A stretch of 64,000 bases of DNA from Saccostrea echinata. Its lineage: Eukaryota. Every line of letters starts with the position of its first letter. The stretch's first letter is position 1. Location of the stretch: the NCBI RefSeq assembly GCF_033153115.1, contig NW_026889769.1, positions 4,650,001-4,714,000 of the forward strand, in the 5' to 3' direction. This document shows positions 59,325-64,000 of this stretch, piece after piece. The translations under genes were made by a program, and so were the position numbers. Below the pieces are notes generated by a model. It was not told the origin of the DNA. It worked only from the letters and a program-made list of their open reading frames with translations, and searched no databases.

Positions 59325-60573
59325 TACAATAGCCAAGAAGGGTTAAATTAGAAAAATGAAAAAAAAGAATTAAAAAGTCGCAAATAACAAGATAAAGTCA
59401 CAATATTGAGATAAAAAGTCGTAATTTCAACTTAAGAAAGTCAAAATAACGAGATAAAAAGTCGTTATTATGACTTAAGAAAGTCGTTATTACGACTTTA
59501 GAAAGTCGTAATAAACTATTATTGAATCAGATATAAAAAGTTGTTATTACAACTTATAGTTGTTATTATGACTTTAGAAAGCAGTCTTCGGCAAATCCTG
59601 GGAGTCCGAAGCCCGGGACCTGGTAAAATTGAGAGCGGGAATGTGGAAATTGCATACTTACAAGCCCGAAGGGCATGTAAATTCTGAGGCCTAAGCCTCC
59701 GTATTATCAAATTAAATAATACCAATAACATTAAATGTACTTAGAAGTCTGATTTTTTATCTAAAGTGGAGCACGAAATAAAATTTTAACAACAGTTTAT
59801 TCTACCGCGATTTCCAAGGAACTCTTTTGCAAAGGAGACACAAAAAGTATACACGTTGAAAACAATACGTGACTTCCAAGGAACTCTTTTGCAAAGGAGA
59901 CACAAAAAGTGTACAGGTTGAAAACAATATTAATGGTGAGACAATAGATCGATAGAAATGGATTTCAGATCATTTCCTTGGCATGAAAAGGCAAGTAAGA
60001 ATAAAGTTACTTGATAAAATTCTGGGCATGTAAATATTTGTTTGGGCTAGTGTAATAAGTGGTTAAACCTGCCCGAAGGGCATGTATTGAAAAAAAGATT
60101 TGGCGAAGACTGAGAAAGTTGAAATAACTTCGAGATAAAAAGTCATTATTACGACAAAAGAAAGCCATTATAAAAGATAAAAAGTGGCGATTATGAAGTC
60201 GTTATTACGACTTACTTGAGTTGTACTAACGAGATAAAAAGTTGTCATTACAAGTAAAAAGTCGTTATTCCGACTTAATAACTAGATAAAAAGTCGTTCT
60301 AAGAGATAAAAAGTTGATATCAATAACGAAATAAAAAGTCATTATTACAACTTAATGAAATCGTAATTACGACTTTTTATCTCGTAATAAAGACTTTTAT
60401 CTCATTACGACTTTCTTAAGTCGTAATTACGACATTGTATCTCGTTATTGCGATTTTTTTTTTTTATCTTGTACGACTTTTTATCTCGTACGACTTTTTA
60501 TCTCGTTATTACGACCTTTTTGGTGTTAATTTTTTTTTTCACTTTCCATTTTTGACCCTTCTAGGCTTTCGTA
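59325..60573. mobile_element. Foldback MITE with about 21-bp AAAGTCGTAATAACGAGATAA subrepeats
   Basis: TIR TAC..AGCC.AGAAGGGT.AAA..GAAA.TGAAAAAAA at both ends; subrepeats switch orientation at about 60365. Confidence 0.8.
59582..60112. mobile_element. MITE nested in the foldback element
   Basis: TIR CAGTCTTCGGCAAATC / GATTTGGCGAAGACTG, flanking AGAAAG direct repeat, GCCCGAAGGGCATGTA twice, about 62-bp tandem duplication at 59812-59929. Confidence 0.75.
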
Positions 60574-62049
60574 CAAAGGGACCTTATGGCACATAAGATA
60601 TTGTGCCAGGATATTAGCATCGTCTCAAGCCACGGTCCGGAGTCCGCATATAGCTCTCTCCTACCAGAATGGGAGAGGATCGTACATTTTGGCCGTGGTT
60701 TGCGACAATGGGATATTAAGTTATTGAGAACAGTTACCAGGGGGTGAATGTATTTAAATGTGAACAGAACCGACATTTATGAAATTTCCGCATATTTTTA
60801 TTGGCGGTTTCCGCATAAGTAATGCAAAAAAATTAATTATACTCACAGAAATACGTTAAAGCAGCACAAGATGTTGCACTACACTGTGAACACACTGCAG
60901 CTACGCGACAAGGGGAATACAGGTTGCGTCTATTTACCCAAATGGACCTATATGAAGTAAAACACTGTCAAATGGACCAGATTCAACTGAATGGACAAAA
61001 AGTTATTGAAATAAACAATTTTCTTCAATTTATATTTTACAGAGTAAAATAATAAAAGTGAATTACATGTATGTATTATATATTTCTTCTTTTTTTAAAG
61101 ATATTGAATGGAATTTATTATAAATGGAGTAAGTAACAAAGTGAAAAGTTTCAGCTACAAAGTACTTGTTGAATTCAAATAGAGTATCGAATAAAATCCA
61201 GTAGCATTATACAAACAAAGCATTATGCCATAACGTGATTTATCAGTAGTGCACATTATCGATTATCTCATATTTAATCACAGGCACTTGGGGTATGGAC
61301 CCCCCCCTTCTCAATTTTTTTTTCTTTTTAAATCTGGGGTCGAGTCACCTTTTCCCTATTTTTATATTCTAATATGCACTATATATCATCAATAATATAA
61401 CTCTTTTGTCTCTATATGCTGTTTTTAAATATACCGTTTTCGACTGATACATAAAGAGAGAAGGCTTGCAACTCTTTTCTCGTCGTCTGCCTCACCTCGC
61501 TTAAACTTCGCCTGATTATTTATCTAAAGCATAAGAAAACATGGAATATGCATACATCAATAAATTTGTTACACATTCTTCTTCCTTCTCATATTTCCAT
61601 TTAAATTTTATGTGCCCCCGATTTGTAAATATTTCGATTAAATCAACCGCATCTAGGGTAAATTTTGTTGATGTGCACTAGCTGGGACGGAAGTGCAATA
61701 ACGGTAGTAGTAATTGTCAGTATCTTAGGAAAAACGGATACTCAGTCTCATATAGAAGAGTTCGACTATACTCCGGGGGTGGGGGGTAGGAGATGGGGTG
61801 GGGAAGGCAAACAACCTCGTTGTCAATATTTTTTATACTTTTATAGCAAAATAGTGTTCTAAAAAAGCCCCCCCCCCTTTTCAGTACTACTTGCCTGTAG
61901 AATTTTCTCAAGAATGTCCAAAAAACGTTATATCATTGATCGGCAATTTTAAATAGAATAAAAATTGTCTTTTCAGATGGAAAAAGATATACGTAGGCAT
62001 ATGTCTTTTTTTTTAATACGTGAAATCTACCTTTTAAAAAAAGTTTATT

Positions 62050-62560
62050 TAATTAAAAAGGTGAAGATAACGAAGAGTGGTCGATCTCAAAAAATCCACA
62101 AACAATACAGATCTGTGAAGAGGGCATAAACCCACAAACAATACAGATCTGTGAAGAGGGCATAAACCCACAAACAATACAGATCTGTGAAGAGGGCAAA
62201 AAACACGGAATCCTGGAAATTCCAGGGGATCAGGTGCTAACCTTGGAGGAGTAAGCATACCGGCCCTGTTGATCAGTCACACCCGTCGTGAGCCCTTTGT
62301 ATTGATCAGGCAGACGGAACATTTCGTAGTCAAATTCAGTACAAATTTGAAGAACAAAGGCCTAACAATTGGTATGGACCAAGTCATTCAAAATACCCTC
62401 AGTGATAGGTTATATAATTGCTAACAAGGTCATTTTATATAAAGGCCATAAAATTTACGAAATGCCGGCTTCAAACGAGTTTGTTGAACCCCTTTATCTT
62501 TAATTCATAGGCATATGGTTGCAAACAACAAACAAATCCTCAATTATATTTGACATTTAT
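62050..62560 (-). mobile_element. Penelope-like terminal fragment containing a 36-bp x3 tandem repeat (62096-62198)
   Basis: GGGATCAGGTGC..GAGTAAGCAT..CACACCCGTCGTGAGCCC motif; unit CCACAAACAATACAGATCTGTGAAGAGGGCATAAAC. Confidence 0.65.
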
Positions 62561-63229
62561 ATATGGAGCATAATTTTGTAGCGCGAACCATGTCAGTGCG
62601 AAACAGTAATTGAGCGAAACGCATCCGTTACCGTATAAAGGGATGCAACTGTGAAATGTGGCTGCTTGAGGATATGGAAACATTGATGTGGCGACTTGAC
62701 AAACATTCAGATTATGCATCATGGATTGATTCTTTTGAGAAAATTATTTAGTTTTAAAATTCCTTGTTTTTTTAACTGTCGACAGATGTGGTGGAAAGTT
62801 CAAGCTCAAAGCTTGTTTACGAAGCTAAATTCCTTAAACAGGTAAACTACATGTAACCCGAATTTACTCTAATTTTCTCGTTCAGCACCATAAAGACAAA
62901 ATAAAATTATTATTGTTTGTTTGGAATTGCCTCTCGCCTCATTGAAATGACCACTCCTGAAAAAAATTATTGACCAAAAATAAGAAGATTTTTTTTATTA
63001 CTGGTCCGTTGTCACATGTGCCACCCAATCACTTAATAAGTGTTGGATTTCAGCAATACTGGGTTCATGGTTGATGGGAGATACCCTTAACAAAAAGGCA
63101 GAAAATGATGTGTTCATTGCCTATTGAAATTTTTATAAACAATTTTTAATTTAACTTCAATTTTGAGAGAAAAAAAATACCCCCCCCCCCTCCCAGGTCT
63201 GAAACCTCCCAGGCAGCAATTCCAAACAA

Positions 63230-63770
63230 ACATTTTTTTAAGGATGGCCTAAGAACAATCTTTAAAAATTTTCTTCTAGGAATACATAAGGAAAATCTTT
63301 AAACACCTTCTCAAGAACAACAAAGCCACGATTGGTCATATTTATAATATGGTAGCATCCTCAGGTATTGTAGAATGAAGTTTGTTCAAATCATGACCCC
63401 TAGGGGTAGGGAGGGACTACAATGGGCGATAAAAGTTTTACAAAGGAATACATAGGAAAAATCTTTAAATATATTCTTCTCTAGAACAGCAAAGCCACGA
63501 TTGGTCATATTTATATGAAAACATCCTCAGGTTATGTAGATTCAAGTTTTCATGTTCAAATCATGACCCCCTGGGATAGGGATCGAGAGGCCATATTGAG
63601 TAATCAAAGTTTTACATAGGAATATATAGGTAAAATCTTTTATAATCTTTATCTCAAGAACATCAAAGCCATGTATAGTATAGATATATTTATATGGCAG
63701 CATCCTCAGGTAGTGTAGATTTGTTCAAATCATGACTCCAGGGAGTAGGGAGATGCCACAATGGTTTATC

Positions 63771-63850
<80 letters not shown>

Positions 63851-63960
63851 AAAATCATTAAAAACCCTCTTTTCAACAACAACAAAGCCTTCTTCAGTCA
63901 TATTAATTCAGAAACATCCTAAGGTAGTGTAGATTCAAGAGCGTTGAATTCATGCCCTCC
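63230..63960 (-). repeat. Degraded about 166-bp satellite/HINE monomers with an (AT)n microsatellite at about 63776-63847
   Basis: CATCCTCAGGTAGTGTAGATTCAAG..TTCAAATCATGACCCC monomers, the reverse of 55.3-58.1 kb. Confidence 0.8.
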
Positions 63961-64000
63961 CCCTTTATATTATAACTTTAAAATACTGATTTCTGCTTTT

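Overview
AT-rich, intron-containing eukaryotic DNA. The repeat landscape (about 166-bp satellite inside Helentron-type HINE elements, V-domain SINEs, Penelope-like remnants) points to a bivalve, most likely an oyster; this is an inference. Protein-coding content I can reconstruct by hand: (1) a tandem cluster of double-hotdog acyl-ACP-thioesterase-like genes, with one frameshifted pseudogene at about 1.4-2.2 kb and two intact 285-aa genes at 10.9-13.0 kb and 17.0-18.0 kb that share a conserved non-coding first exon and end in PTS1-like tripeptides; (2) an apparently intact, spliced Crypton tyrosine-recombinase gene (490 aa) with a 142-bp terminal hairpin, inserted into a satellite array at 24.8-26.9 kb; (3) a 10-coding-exon EGF-EGF-ZP-furin-TM gene (552 aa, EGFZP/shell-matrix type) at 40.8-46.5 kb; (4) a single-coding-exon minus-strand gene (627 aa) at 51.4-53.3 kb that joins a C2H2 zinc finger to a TatD-fold domain with degenerate metal ligands, the most unusual gene here. 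The rest is a dense, often nested set of non-autonomous elements: HINEs, hAT, Kolobok, Harbinger and foldback MITEs, two SINEs with TSDs, and a solo LTR supported by an empty-site paralog. There is one 146-N gap. All family assignments come from reading motifs by eye; no searches were run.
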